DNA of 32,041 bases, taken from assembly GCA_963926085.1 (NCBI GenBank), contig CAWUWV010000430.1, forward strand, positions 1 to 32,041, read 5' to 3'. Position numbers and translations under genes: made by a program. Origin of the DNA: an uncultured Alphaproteobacteria bacterium (lineage in GTDB: Bacteria > Pseudomonadota > Alphaproteobacteria > Bin95). Numbering within the stretch: position 1 is the stretch's first letter; each line of letters opens with the position of its first letter. The notes under the pieces were generated by a model. It searched no databases and was not told the origin of the DNA. It saw nothing but the letters and a program-made list of their open reading frames with translations. Shown in pieces: positions 9,388 to 18,679 of the stretch.

Positions 9388-11118
9388 ATGACCAGCAACT
9401 CCCAAACGCCCTCAGGCGCAGACGCCATCCAGCTTGAAGTTTTCTCGAACCGTCTTCTGGCGATCGCAGAGGAAATGGGGCGGCGGTTGGTGCGGTCCTC
9501 GTTTTCGCCGAATATCAAGGAGCGGCGGGACTGTTCGGCGGCCTTGTTTGCGGCTGATGGGCGGCTAATCGCGCAAGCCGCTCATATTCCTATCCATCTG
9601 GGGTCCCTTTTTGGCGCGGTCGCTGCGATTGTCGACAAATTCCCGCTGGAGCGCATGCAGCCGGGCGATGCGTTTATCGCCAATGACGCATATCTGTGCG
9701 CAGGCACGCACCTGAACGATATCTCCATCATACAGCCGGTATTTGTGGAGGGACGCGTTCAATATTTCGCCGCTTGCATAGGGCATCACACGGATGTTGG
9801 CGGGCCAACGCCAGGGTCTATTGCGCCAGATGCGGCGTCCATCTTTGAGGAAGGCATTCGCATTCCGGCGACCCAAGTTGTCCGCGCTGGGGAGACAGAT
9901 CGCGGGCTGATCGAATTGATCGCCCACAATACGCGAGAGCCTGAAATCCGCATTCTGGATCTCGACGTTCAGATTGCTGTCTCAGCCTTTGGTGCAAAAC
10001 GTATGGCTGAACTGGCGGCGAAGGACGGTGGACCTGCGACCGCAGCGCTCGCTGATGCCTTGTTAGCCTATGCCCGGCGTCGATTAGGCGCTGCGATCCT
10101 GGCGCTGCCGGATGGCGAATACAGCCACACTGTATGGATGGACGATGACGGCCTAGGCGGGGACCCCTTGCCGATCCGTGCGACGCTGCATGTGGTAGGC
10201 GAAGTGTTATCGTTGGATTTTGCAGGCTCTGGCCCGCAGTCTAGGGGCGGGTTCAATCTGCTGCCTTCCGGCGTCATGGCGACGGTTGGGTATGCCGTGA
10301 AGGCGCTGCTTGATCCTGACTTGCCGCCAAATAGCGGCCTGTTTGATGCCATCCAGTTGCGCATTCCAGAAGGTACAATCCTGAACCCGCACTTCCCGGC
10401 GGCTGTCGGCGCGCGCACCACCACATGCCAGAAATTGGCGAGTGCGATATTCGGTGCGCTACAACCTGCACTGCCTGCCTCCAGGGCCATGGCAGCCAGT
10501 CATGACATCCTGGCCTCTATGGTGTTTGGCGGCGATGGCGCTGATGGCCGCCCATATGTGTATTTGGAAACCATTGGCGGTGGGAATGGCGCGCTGACGG
10601 ATGCTGACGGCATGGACGGCGCGCATTGCCATATCACCAATTCACTGAATACGCCCGCTGAAGCGGTTGAGAATTCGTATCCGCTGCGGGTAGTGGAATA
10701 TGCGTTGGTTGAAGGATCTGGCGGGGCGGGGGCCATGCGCGGCGGCATGGGGATCGCGCGGGAATTAGAAGCCGTTGGCGCGCCGGCCAGTTTTTCCAGC
10801 CGGGGCGACAACTTCAAAACGGCACCATCGGGCGCACATGGCGGTGGGGAAGGCGGCAGGGCCAGGGTCATTCTGCATCCAGACACCCCTGATCCGCAGA
10901 TTATGGACACGAAGCAACGGCGGATTGCGCTTGCTGCTGGCGCACGCGTCCGCCTCGAAACGCCGGGCGGTGGCGGGTACGGGGCACCAGCGGATCGGCC
11001 AATTGCGGCACTCGCGGCGGACCTTGCAGATGGGCGCATTAACCATGCGCTGGCCATCAAAACATACGGTGAAGCCTTGACTGCAAAGGCAAAAGCGATG
11101 ATCCCAGCATTGCCGTGA
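9388..11118 (+). CDS. Hydantoinase B / 5-oxoprolinase family protein
   Basis: RSSFSPNIKERRDCS, HIPIHLG, NDAY..GTHLND, GHHTDVGG, IFEEG, NTPAE..E and ETPGGGGYG motifs. Confidence 0.92.
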   Translation: MTSNSQTPSGADAIQLEVFSNRLLAIAEEMGRRLVRSSFSPNIKERRDCSAALFAADGRLIAQAAHIPIHLGSLFGAVAAIVDKFPLERMQPGDAFIANDAYLCAGTHLNDISIIQPVFVEGRVQYFAACIGHHTDVGGPTPGSIAPDAASIFEEGIRIPATQVVRAGETDRGLIELIAHNTREPEIRILDLDVQIAVSAFGAKRMAELAAKDGGPATAALADALLAYARRRLGAAILALPDGEYSHTVWMDDDGLGGDPLPIRATLHVVGEVLSLDFAGSGPQSRGGFNLLPSGVMATVGYAVKALLDPDLPPNSGLFDAIQLRIPEGTILNPHFPAAVGARTTTCQKLASAIFGALQPALPASRAMAASHDILASMVFGGDGADGRPYVYLETIGGGNGALTDADGMDGAHCHITNSLNTPAEAVENSYPLRVVEYALVEGSGGAGAMRGGMGIARELEAVGAPASFSSRGDNFKTAPSGAHGGGEGGRARVILHPDTPDPQIMDTKQRRIALAAGARVRLETPGGGGYGAPADRPIAALAADLADGRINHALAIKTYGEALTAKAKAMIPALP

Positions 11119-11276
11119 GTTGCGCCTTTCGCTAGGTTTAGGTTAAAAATAAAACACAGTCTTAAGCCATTTAGCAGCACACTTGCGATATGGTTCATAC
11201 GGTAAATTCATTGGACGCTAAGTAGGCGCAATGACGTTACGTTTGCGGGATAGCCAAGAGGGCAAGGTCTGTGCAG

Positions 11277-11680
11277 ATGATTTTGGTACTTGGTACTTGG
11301 TACTTGGTGCTGCAGTGTTGCTTGCAGCATTCAGCGGCGACAGCGGCCATCCGCTCGACCGGGCGTTAGCGGCGGCTGATGAAGGCCGCCATGAGACGGC
11401 TGCGTATCATTATTCGGTCGCGCTCTCGAAGGGTACGCTTGGGGCGGGCGACCAATCCATTGCGCACAATAACCGTGGCGTCGCCTATGCGCGGCTCGGC
11501 TAGTACGATGCTGCTCTTAGTGACTTCACAGCGGCGAAATCGATGACGGCGGGTGATTCCATCCTGTTCACCAACATGAAAACCGCCAAGAAATTGCTCT
11601 ACGCTCGCAAGCATGACCTCGCCCCGCCACCCGCTGTATTCCAGCTCCGGGACCAGTCTAGAGCCGTGTGGCTGTTTTAG
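11277..11680 (+). pseudogene. Small secreted TPR protein, disrupted by a repeat-induced frameshift and an in-frame TAG
   Basis: The TPR motif AHNNRGVAYARLG*YDAALSDFTAA continues across TAG 11501-11503 to a stop at 11678-11680. A signal-peptide-like start (MILVLGAAVLLAAFS) from ATG 11277 is in frame only if two 7-bp repeat units are removed or one is added. The track ORF 11231..11503 is the alternative reading. Confidence 0.7.
11283..11310 (+). repeat. 7-bp tandem repeat (TTGGTAC)x3 + TTGGTGC
   Basis: Read directly: units at 11283, 11290 and 11297, with an imperfect unit at 11304. Confidence 0.95.
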
Positions 11681-12678
11681 GCCTTAAACGGGTCAGTCTT
11701 CAGCCAATCCACAGTATCTTTCAGTAGCGTCGGGATGTCCCGCACAGGGACGCCCAGGCTGTCGCGCCGTGTGGTGTCAAAGCCTGTTGGTGTGACAGGG
11801 GTTCCGTCCATCGGAGCAGGCATTTGCATGGCTGGGAGAAGCTTTTGCAGTTCGCCGTAAATTTCCTGCCAATGCCAGCTGTCGTAGACGCCGAAGTAGC
11901 GGCCTGACGCTGTGGGCTTTTCATACGCCGCAAGGAAAAGTGCCGCCAGATCATGCAGATGGATCATAGAGCTGGAATCATTCGGAATTTGCTGATGCCG
12001 GCCTTCGCCGCTTTCAATTAGCCGCTTCAGCCATACCTGCGGGTTGCCCTGCAAATGTTCTGGCAAAATGACGGGACCGTACATGCCCGTCGGCAGCAGA
12101 ATGGATAGGCGGACATCGTGCGCCGCCGCTAACGCCATTGCAGCCTTTTCCATTACGGTCTTGGTGGCGGACGTGTATTTCTTCGCGCGGCGCTGTTCAT
12201 CCGCATCTGACCAGTGATCGACTTCATTCTTTACTGGCACAGATGGGATCGGGTTCGTGCTGCTGGTGCTGCTGCAGATCACGATAGTCTTGACGCCATG
12301 TCGGATTGCGGCGCGCATGATATTCAAGCAGCCATTGACGGTGGGCATGATAATATCCCGCTCGCCCTCTGCATCATCCATATCCACTGCCCGCTTGCCT
12401 GTTGGCCCGGCGTAGACGGGGATCAGGCAGGCGATATAGACGCAATCCGCACCCTTTAGTGGCGCATCAAATACAGCTTCGTCGCTCATGTCTCCACTGA
12501 ACAATTGCAGGCGATCCGCAGCCCCGGGCAAGCCCATTAAATAAGGTGCCTTAGAGGGCGCAGTTGCGTCCCGCAATGTACCGTTCACGCGATACCCACG
12601 TGCTAAGGCTTCCCGTGTGATGTGTGATCCGACAAGCCCGCTGGCACCGGCGACTGCAATCAGTTTTGGCTGAGCCAT
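11677..12678 (-). CDS. NAD(P)-dependent epimerase/dehydratase (dihydroflavonol-reductase-like extended SDR)
   Basis: AVAGASGLVGSHI, GYRVNGTLRD, PTVNGCLNI, CSSTSS and IHLHDLA motifs. Start set at ATG 12678 after GGAG. Confidence 0.88.
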   Translation of the reverse strand: MAQPKLIAVAGASGLVGSHITREALARGYRVNGTLRDATAPSKAPYLMGLPGAADRLQLFSGDMSDEAVFDAPLKGADCVYIACLIPVYAGPTGKRAVDMDDAEGERDIIMPTVNGCLNIMRAAIRHGVKTIVICSSTSSTNPIPSVPVKNEVDHWSDADEQRRAKKYTSATKTVMEKAAMALAAAHDVRLSILLPTGMYGPVILPEHLQGNPQVWLKRLIESGEGRHQQIPNDSSSMIHLHDLAALFLAAYEKPTASGRYFGVYDSWHWQEIYGELQKLLPAMQMPAPMDGTPVTPTGFDTTRRDSLGVPVRDIPTLLKDTVDWLKTDPFKA

Positions 12679-12824
12679 ATGAAGGAAACTCCGAGTGTGA
12701 GGTGACGAACAGTGTTTCACGAAGGTTGGTTTCGCAACAAGCCCGAAGCCCGCTTTGTCCTGGCTTGTGTGACGGACTGGCGGACGGCATCATCGGTAAA
12801 ACCGCCAGCAGGGGACTATCCGCT

Positions 12825-13439
12825 ATGAAACGGATTGATGACGAGACTGATCTTCGTGAGCTTTACGGGAAAGAGCCTTCGGAGCGTGCGCTGAAGAAGG
12901 TGATCAACAGGTTTGATCCGCATTGCCGTCACTTCATTTCGCTTTCGCCATTTTTGGTGATTTCCTCCTCCTCACCTGATGGGCACCTGGATTGCTCACC
13001 CAGGGGCGATCCACCGGGCTTTGTGCAGGTGTTGGACGACACGACGCTGTTACTGCCAGATCGGCCCGGCAATAACCGGCTGGATACGTTGAGCAACCTC
13101 GTCGCCAACCCGGAAGTAGCGTTGATATTCTTCCTGCCGGGCGTGAATGAGACGCTGAGGGTGAATGGCACGGCGGAAGTTGTGGAAGACCACCCCGCAC
13201 TCGGCGATGCAGCGATCAATGGACGGGCGCCTAAATCCGGCCTTGTGATTCATGTGCGGGAGATTTACCTGCACTGCGCCAAGGCCTTGATTCGCTCAAA
13301 ATTCTGGGACCCAGAGGTGCAAATTGAGCGAAAATCCTTCCCCACCCTTGGCCAGATGATTGCTGACCAAGCTGGCGGCATGGACGGTGAAGCGCAGCAA
13401 GCCAGCATCGAAATCGCCTATAAAGAAGGCCTGTACTGA
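12825..13439 (+). CDS. Pyridoxamine 5'-phosphate oxidase-like FMN-binding protein (MSMEG_1061-like)
   Basis: DCSPRGDPPGFV, PDRPGNNRLDTLSN, ETLRVNG and YLHCAKALIRS motifs. Start ATG 12825 after GGGGA. Confidence 0.9.
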   Translation: MKRIDDETDLRELYGKEPSERALKKVINRFDPHCRHFISLSPFLVISSSSPDGHLDCSPRGDPPGFVQVLDDTTLLLPDRPGNNRLDTLSNLVANPEVALIFFLPGVNETLRVNGTAEVVEDHPALGDAAINGRAPKSGLVIHVREIYLHCAKALIRSKFWDPEVQIERKSFPTLGQMIADQAGGMDGEAQQASIEIAYKEGLY

Positions 13440-13930
13440 TGAGCGAAGCGGAAGCCCGTCCCTGGCGCGGCAACAAAGTTCCCGAGCAACGCTATTTTGA
13501 GGATTTTGAGATTGGCGAGCGCTTTCTGAACCCATCGCGCACCCAAACCGATGCGCTGTTTGCTGCCTTCCAATTGGCCAGCGGCGACAATCACCCAATC
13601 CATTATGACGTTGAATACTGCCGCAGTTTGGGGTTCCCGGGTCTGCTCGCCCACGGTCTGCAGGTCCTGATCCAAGCGGCACCGGGCGCTGGTGACTTCC
13701 CGTTTGTGGTGCAGGATTCCTTGAAGGCAGTCGTCGAAGTGTCCGCCAAATTCAAAGCGCCCGTGTTCTCCGGCGATACTACGTATCCGATGTTGGAAGT
13801 CGTTGGGCTAGAATCTGGGCGCACGACTGGCGTCATCGTGCTGCGCTCGACCGTGCACAATCAGCGGGATGAGCTTTGCATGGACGGCGAGATTAAGACG
13901 CTGCTTAAGCGCCGTAATCCCGTCGCCTAA
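13439..13930 (+). CDS. MaoC family dehydratase
   Basis: YFEDF, FQLASGDNHPIHYD, LAHG and PVFSGDT motifs. Start overlaps the upstream stop (TGATG). Confidence 0.9.
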   Translation: MSEAEARPWRGNKVPEQRYFEDFEIGERFLNPSRTQTDALFAAFQLASGDNHPIHYDVEYCRSLGFPGLLAHGLQVLIQAAPGAGDFPFVVQDSLKAVVEVSAKFKAPVFSGDTTYPMLEVVGLESGRTTGVIVLRSTVHNQRDELCMDGEIKTLLKRRNPVA

Positions 13931-13936
13931 GCAAAT

Positions 13937-15835
13937 TCAGGCCTTTGCGTAGCCCGCCAATTTTAAAGCGTCCTCGATTTCCGCCAAGATTTTGGGATCA
14001 TCGATGGTGGCGGGCATTTTGAACGTCTGGCTGTCAGCAATCTTCTGCATCGTGCCGCGCAAAACCTTGCCGGATCGCGTTTTTGGCAATCTGTCGACAA
14101 CGATGGCGCTTTTGAATGCCGCGACAGGGCCAATCTTATCGCGGACCATGGCGACGCATTCGCTTTGGATGTCCTCGTTTGGCCGGTTCACGCCACTGGA
14201 CAGCACCAGGAAGCCAACGGGCGTCTGCCCTTTTAATTGATCCGCGACGCCAACAACGGCGCATTCCGCTACATCTTTGTGCGCGGACAGCACTTCCTCC
14301 ATGCCGCCCGTTGAAAGCCTGTGACCAGCGACATTGATGATGTCATCCGTGCGGGCCATGACGAAGATATAGCCGTTTTCATCAATATATCCTGCGTCCG
14401 CCGTCTCATAGTATCCGGGGAAGTTGTTGAAATAGGCGGACATATAGCGGTCATGGGCGTTCCATAGCGTTGGGAATGTGCCGGGCGGCAAGGGTGTTTT
14501 GATGACCAGCGCGCCGATTTCACCGGCAGGCACTTCGTTGCCGCCTTCATCCAGAACACGTATGTCGTAGCCCGCGACAGGCCGTGCGGGTGAGCCGTGT
14601 TTGATCTCCAGCAAGTCATAGCCCATGCAGTTGGAGCAGATCGGCCAACCGGTCTCCGTTTGCCACCAATGGTCAATCACCGGCACGCCAAGCTGTGCTT
14701 CCGCCCATTCCAGCGTTGCCGGATCGGAGCGCTCGCCCGCCAGGAAAAGCCCGCGCAGGCTTGATAAATCATATTGCTTGAGCAGCTTGCCCTCTGGATC
14801 ATCCCGGCGGATCGCGCGGAAGGCCGTTGGTGCGGTGAACAGCAGCTTCACATCATGTTCCGCGATAACGCGCCAGAACACACCCGCATCCGGCGTGCCA
14901 ACAGGCTTGCCTTCAAACAGAACCGTCGTGCAGCCATAGAGCAGCGGCGCATAGACGATATAGCTGTGTCCAACGACCCAACCGACATCGGATGCGGCCC
15001 AATAGGTCTCACCGGGTTCCATACCGTAGATGTGCTTCATCGACCATGCGAGCGCCACCATATGCCCGCCATTGTCGCGCACTACGCCTTTTGGCTCCCC
15101 GGTCGTGCCGGAGGTGTAGAGCACATAGAGCGGGTCCGTCGCGGCAACGGGGGTGCAGGGGGCGGGCTCTGCCGTCGCCATGGCAGCGGCCCAGTCAACA
15201 TCCCGGCCTGGCTGCATGTCTGCCGTTGCCTGTTCACGCTGGAAGATCACGCAATGGTCCGGCTTGTGGCTGGCGAGGTCGATGGCACCGTCTAGCAGCG
15301 GCTTATAGGGAATGACCCGGCCCGGCTCGATCCCGCACGAGGCCGCCACAATAACTTTGGCTGCACTGTCATCAATGCGGACGGCAAGTTCATTGGCAGC
15401 GAACCCACCAAACACGACCGAATGGATGGCACCCAACCGCGCGCAGGCCAGCATGGCGACGGCGGTTTCTGGGATCATCGGCATGTAGATAACGACCCGG
15501 TCGCCCTTGGCGACGCCAAGTCCGGCCAGCACGCCAGCAAACCGCGCGGTCTGGTCCAGCATTTCTGCGTATGTGTATGTGGCTTTAGCGCCCGTGATTG
15601 GGCTGTCATAAATGATCGCTGCCTGATCGCCGCGTCCGTTGGCGACATGCCGGTCGAGCGCGTTGTAGCAAGTGTTTGTCTCCGCGCCGACGAACCAACG
15701 CCGGGGGAAGTCGCCCTCGGGCGCTAAAACCTGATCTGCCGGTTTGAACCAATCGATAGCCTCTGCCGCTTCCGCCCAGAAGCCTTCCGGGGCGCTCAGC
15801 GCGCGTTGCTGCATCTGATCAAAGGTTTCGGTCAT
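13937..15835 (-). CDS. prpE: Propionyl-CoA synthetase
   Basis: NTCYNALDRHV, HSVVFGGFA, LYTSGTTGEPKGVVRDNGGH, DHWWQTETGW, GHRLSTGGMEE and LPKTRSGK motifs. Start ATG 15835 after GGGAGGG. Confidence 0.88.
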   Translation of the reverse strand: MTETFDQMQQRALSAPEGFWAEAAEAIDWFKPADQVLAPEGDFPRRWFVGAETNTCYNALDRHVANGRGDQAAIIYDSPITGAKATYTYAEMLDQTARFAGVLAGLGVAKGDRVVIYMPMIPETAVAMLACARLGAIHSVVFGGFAANELAVRIDDSAAKVIVAASCGIEPGRVIPYKPLLDGAIDLASHKPDHCVIFQREQATADMQPGRDVDWAAAMATAEPAPCTPVAATDPLYVLYTSGTTGEPKGVVRDNGGHMVALAWSMKHIYGMEPGETYWAASDVGWVVGHSYIVYAPLLYGCTTVLFEGKPVGTPDAGVFWRVIAEHDVKLLFTAPTAFRAIRRDDPEGKLLKQYDLSSLRGLFLAGERSDPATLEWAEAQLGVPVIDHWWQTETGWPICSNCMGYDLLEIKHGSPARPVAGYDIRVLDEGGNEVPAGEIGALVIKTPLPPGTFPTLWNAHDRYMSAYFNNFPGYYETADAGYIDENGYIFVMARTDDIINVAGHRLSTGGMEEVLSAHKDVAECAVVGVADQLKGQTPVGFLVLSSGVNRPNEDIQSECVAMVRDKIGPVAAFKSAIVVDRLPKTRSGKVLRGTMQKIADSQTFKMPATIDDPKILAEIEDALKLAGYAKA

Positions 15836-15988
15836 GATCGGCCCTCCCAATTTTTCTCGTCCTGTATTGTTAGGCCGCAGAGCCGCCGCCAGCAATCACG
15901 AAATGTGTTGGATGCGGTCTTGCTCTAATCGCTTGCCCAAAGCAGGATGCGCCAATCGAATTACGCTTAAGAGCAGGGACGAAGAAAC

Positions 15989-16903
15989 ATGGGCATTCTT
16001 GATGGCAAGGTAGCGCTTATCACAGGCAGCGGGCGGGGCATTGGCCGTGCGATCGCGATGGATATGGCGAAAGGCGGCGCAAAGGTCGTCGTGAATGACT
16101 TGGGCGCAGGCCTTGATGGCGGGGAAGGCAATGCCAGCCCAGCGGAAGAAACCGCAGCGGATATCCGTGCTGCTGGCGGTGAAGCCACCTACAACACCGA
16201 CAGTGTGGCCGAAATGTCCGGCGCCAAGCGCATGGTTGAAGCCGCGATGGATGTGTTCGGCGGTATTGATTGCGTCGTCAACGTGGCAGGCATCTTGCGG
16301 GATGGCATGTTCCACAAGATGGAAGAAGGCGATTGGAAGGCCGTGTTGGATGTGCATCTGAACGGCTGCTTCAATACCTCCCGCGCTGCGATTGAGCATA
16401 TGCGCGAGAAGGGGAATGGCGCGTTCGTGCATTTCACCTCGACCTCCGGCCTCGTTGGCCAAATTGGGCAGGCGAATTATGCAGCAGCAAAAATGGGCAT
16501 TGTCGGCATGAGCCGCGTGATCGCCATGGAAGGTGCCCATAAGGGTGTGCGCTCCAACTGCGTCGCACCCTTCGCATGGACGCGGATGATTGAAAGCATC
16601 CCGATCAAGAGTGATGAGCAAGCGCGCGCGTTTGAAGCCTTTCGCACCGGTGCCACCGCGGAACACGTTGCCCCCGTCGTTAGCTATCTCAGCAGCGATG
16701 CGGCGAGCGGTGTGAATGGTCAAGTCTTTGGCGTGCGCGGCAATGAGATTTATCTCTTCACCCAGCCCCGCCCCGCCAAGACAGTGCACAATAGCGCTGG
16801 ATGGACCCATGACAGCCTGGCAGCCATGCTGGAACCATCTATCCGCCGCGAAATGACGGACCTCGACGGCACAGGCGAATATTTTGATTGGGACCCGATC
16901 TGA
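15989..16903 (+). CDS. Short-chain dehydrogenase/reductase (3-hydroxyacyl-CoA dehydrogenase / MFE-2-like)
   Basis: TGSGRGIG, VVVNDLG, VNVAGILRD and GQANYAAAK (YxxxK) motifs. Confidence 0.92.
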   Translation: MGILDGKVALITGSGRGIGRAIAMDMAKGGAKVVVNDLGAGLDGGEGNASPAEETAADIRAAGGEATYNTDSVAEMSGAKRMVEAAMDVFGGIDCVVNVAGILRDGMFHKMEEGDWKAVLDVHLNGCFNTSRAAIEHMREKGNGAFVHFTSTSGLVGQIGQANYAAAKMGIVGMSRVIAMEGAHKGVRSNCVAPFAWTRMIESIPIKSDEQARAFEAFRTGATAEHVAPVVSYLSSDAASGVNGQVFGVRGNEIYLFTQPRPAKTVHNSAGWTHDSLAAMLEPSIRREMTDLDGTGEYFDWDPI

Positions 16904-16948
16904 TAGCGCTTCAAGCAGATTGGCAGTGGGATTAGAGGATAGAGAACG

Positions 16949-18679
16949 ATGGATTCAGCAGCCGTAATTCTTGATAGCCGGGAACCCCAGGCTGGCGTTT
17001 CCCACGTCATTGGCGGTGTCACATCGCCATTGATCGAGGACACAATCCCTGCCGTCCTGAAAGATACAGCGGCGCGATTTGGGGGCCGGGATGCTGCTAT
17101 CTTCCCCACCCAAAACATCCATTGGACCTATGCTGAGTTCGACCATCAGGTTGACCCGCTGGCAGGCGGTTTACACGCGCTCGGTTTCCGTAAAGGCGAT
17201 AGGGTTGGCATATGGGCACCGAACCGCGTTGAATGGCTCCTGACGCAGTTTGCGACTGCGCGGGTCGGTATTGTTCTGGTCAATATCAATCCGGCCTATC
17301 GCGTATATGAGCTTGAATATGTGCTGAACAAAGTTGGCTGTATGGGGCTGGTTGCGGCGCGGTCATTCAAGTCTTCGGACTATGCTGCGATGATTGCAGA
17401 ATTGGCACCTGAACTGAGCAACCACAACGCGTCCAATGAACTCAACGCCGCCCGCCTACCGCAGCTGAAACGCGTAATTTGTATGGGTGAGGATACGCCC
17501 GCAGGCATGCTGGGCTTCGACGCTGTTGTTGCAATGGGCGATGCCGTTGATGTGGCGGACTTGGATGCGATCACGGCCACGCTGGACCGGAATGAGCCGA
17601 TCAATATCCAGTTCACCTCCGGCACCACAGGCCAGCCCAAAGGGGCGACGCTGACGCATCGGAATATCGTCAATAACGCCCATTTCACAACGGCGGCGAT
17701 GGAGTTTACGGAAGCGGACAGGCTGTGCATTCCAGTCCCATTTTACCATTGCTTCGGCATGGTCATGGGTACGCTTGGCTGCGTCACCAAGGGGGCTGCC
17801 ATGGTCGTTCCGGGCGAAGGTTTTGAGCCTGCCGCGACGATGCAGGCCGTATCGGACGCCAAGTGCACTGCGCTCTATGGCGTGCCGACAATGTTCGTTG
17901 CTGAATTGGAATTGCCGAACCTTAAGTCCTACGACCTTTCGGCGCTGCGCACAGGCATTATGGCCGGTGCGCCCTGTCCGATTGAGGTGATGCGTCAAGT
18001 TCAGGGCGTGATGAATATGAGCGACGTCACCATCGCTTATGGCATGACGGAGACGAGCCCTGTCTCCTTCCAAAGCAATGTCGATGATCCATTGCAGAAG
18101 CGCGTCACATCCGTTGGGCGCGTGCATCCTCATGTGGAAGTCAAAGTCGTTGATGAGGAAGGTGCTGCTGTGCCGATTGGTGAACAGGGCGAGCTTTGGA
18201 CGCGCGGTTATAGCGTCATGCAGCGTTATTGGGGCGATGAGGAGCAGACGGCTGCAGCCATCGATGCCGATGGCTGGATGAAAACCGGTGACCTCGCGAC
18301 GATTGATGCCGAAGGCTTCTGCAACATCACAGGCCGCGTCAAAGACATGATCGTGCGCGGTGGCGAAAACATCTATCCGCGCGAGATTGAAGAGTTTCTC
18401 TATAACCACCCCGCCGTCAGCCAAGTGCAGGTGTTTGGCCTGCCGGATGAGCGGTTTGGTGAGACCAGCGCTGTATGGATCATCAAAAAGCCCGGAACAG
18501 AGCCAACGGAAGCGGAAATCATCGATTTCTGTAAGGGCAAAATTGCCCATTACAAAGTGCCTGCACTCGTCCGTTTCGTTGATGAAATTCCGATGACGGT
18601 AACAGGCAAACCGCAGAAGTTCGTCATGCGCGATCTTATGATGGAAGAGCTTGGTATTACGGCGGCTAAAACAGCCTAG
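16949..18679 (+). CDS. AMP-binding acyl-CoA synthetase (ACSF2-like)
   Basis: IQFTSGTTGQPKG, YGMTETSP, WMKTGD, GRVKDMIVRGGENIYPREIEE and PMTVTGKPQK motifs. Confidence 0.93.
   Translation: MDSAAVILDSREPQAGVSHVIGGVTSPLIEDTIPAVLKDTAARFGGRDAAIFPTQNIHWTYAEFDHQVDPLAGGLHALGFRKGDRVGIWAPNRVEWLLTQFATARVGIVLVNINPAYRVYELEYVLNKVGCMGLVAARSFKSSDYAAMIAELAPELSNHNASNELNAARLPQLKRVICMGEDTPAGMLGFDAVVAMGDAVDVADLDAITATLDRNEPINIQFTSGTTGQPKGATLTHRNIVNNAHFTTAAMEFTEADRLCIPVPFYHCFGMVMGTLGCVTKGAAMVVPGEGFEPAATMQAVSDAKCTALYGVPTMFVAELELPNLKSYDLSALRTGIMAGAPCPIEVMRQVQGVMNMSDVTIAYGMTETSPVSFQSNVDDPLQKRVTSVGRVHPHVEVKVVDEEGAAVPIGEQGELWTRGYSVMQRYWGDEEQTAAAIDADGWMKTGDLATIDAEGFCNITGRVKDMIVRGGENIYPREIEEFLYNHPAVSQVQVFGLPDERFGETSAVWIIKKPGTEPTEAEIIDFCKGKIAHYKVPALVRFVDEIPMTVTGKPQKFVMRDLMMEELGITAAKTA

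Noticed and set aside
11119-11230. AT-rich intergenic stretch with TTAA motifs and a sigma54-like TTGC
   Set aside because: There is no correctly spaced CtrA box (TTAA-N7-TTAA), and the -24 GG of sigma54 is missing. It is probably a promoter region but cannot be assigned.
15896-18550. Antisense ORFs of 304 and 364 aa
   Set aside because: Mirror frames of the SDR and acyl-CoA synthetase genes.
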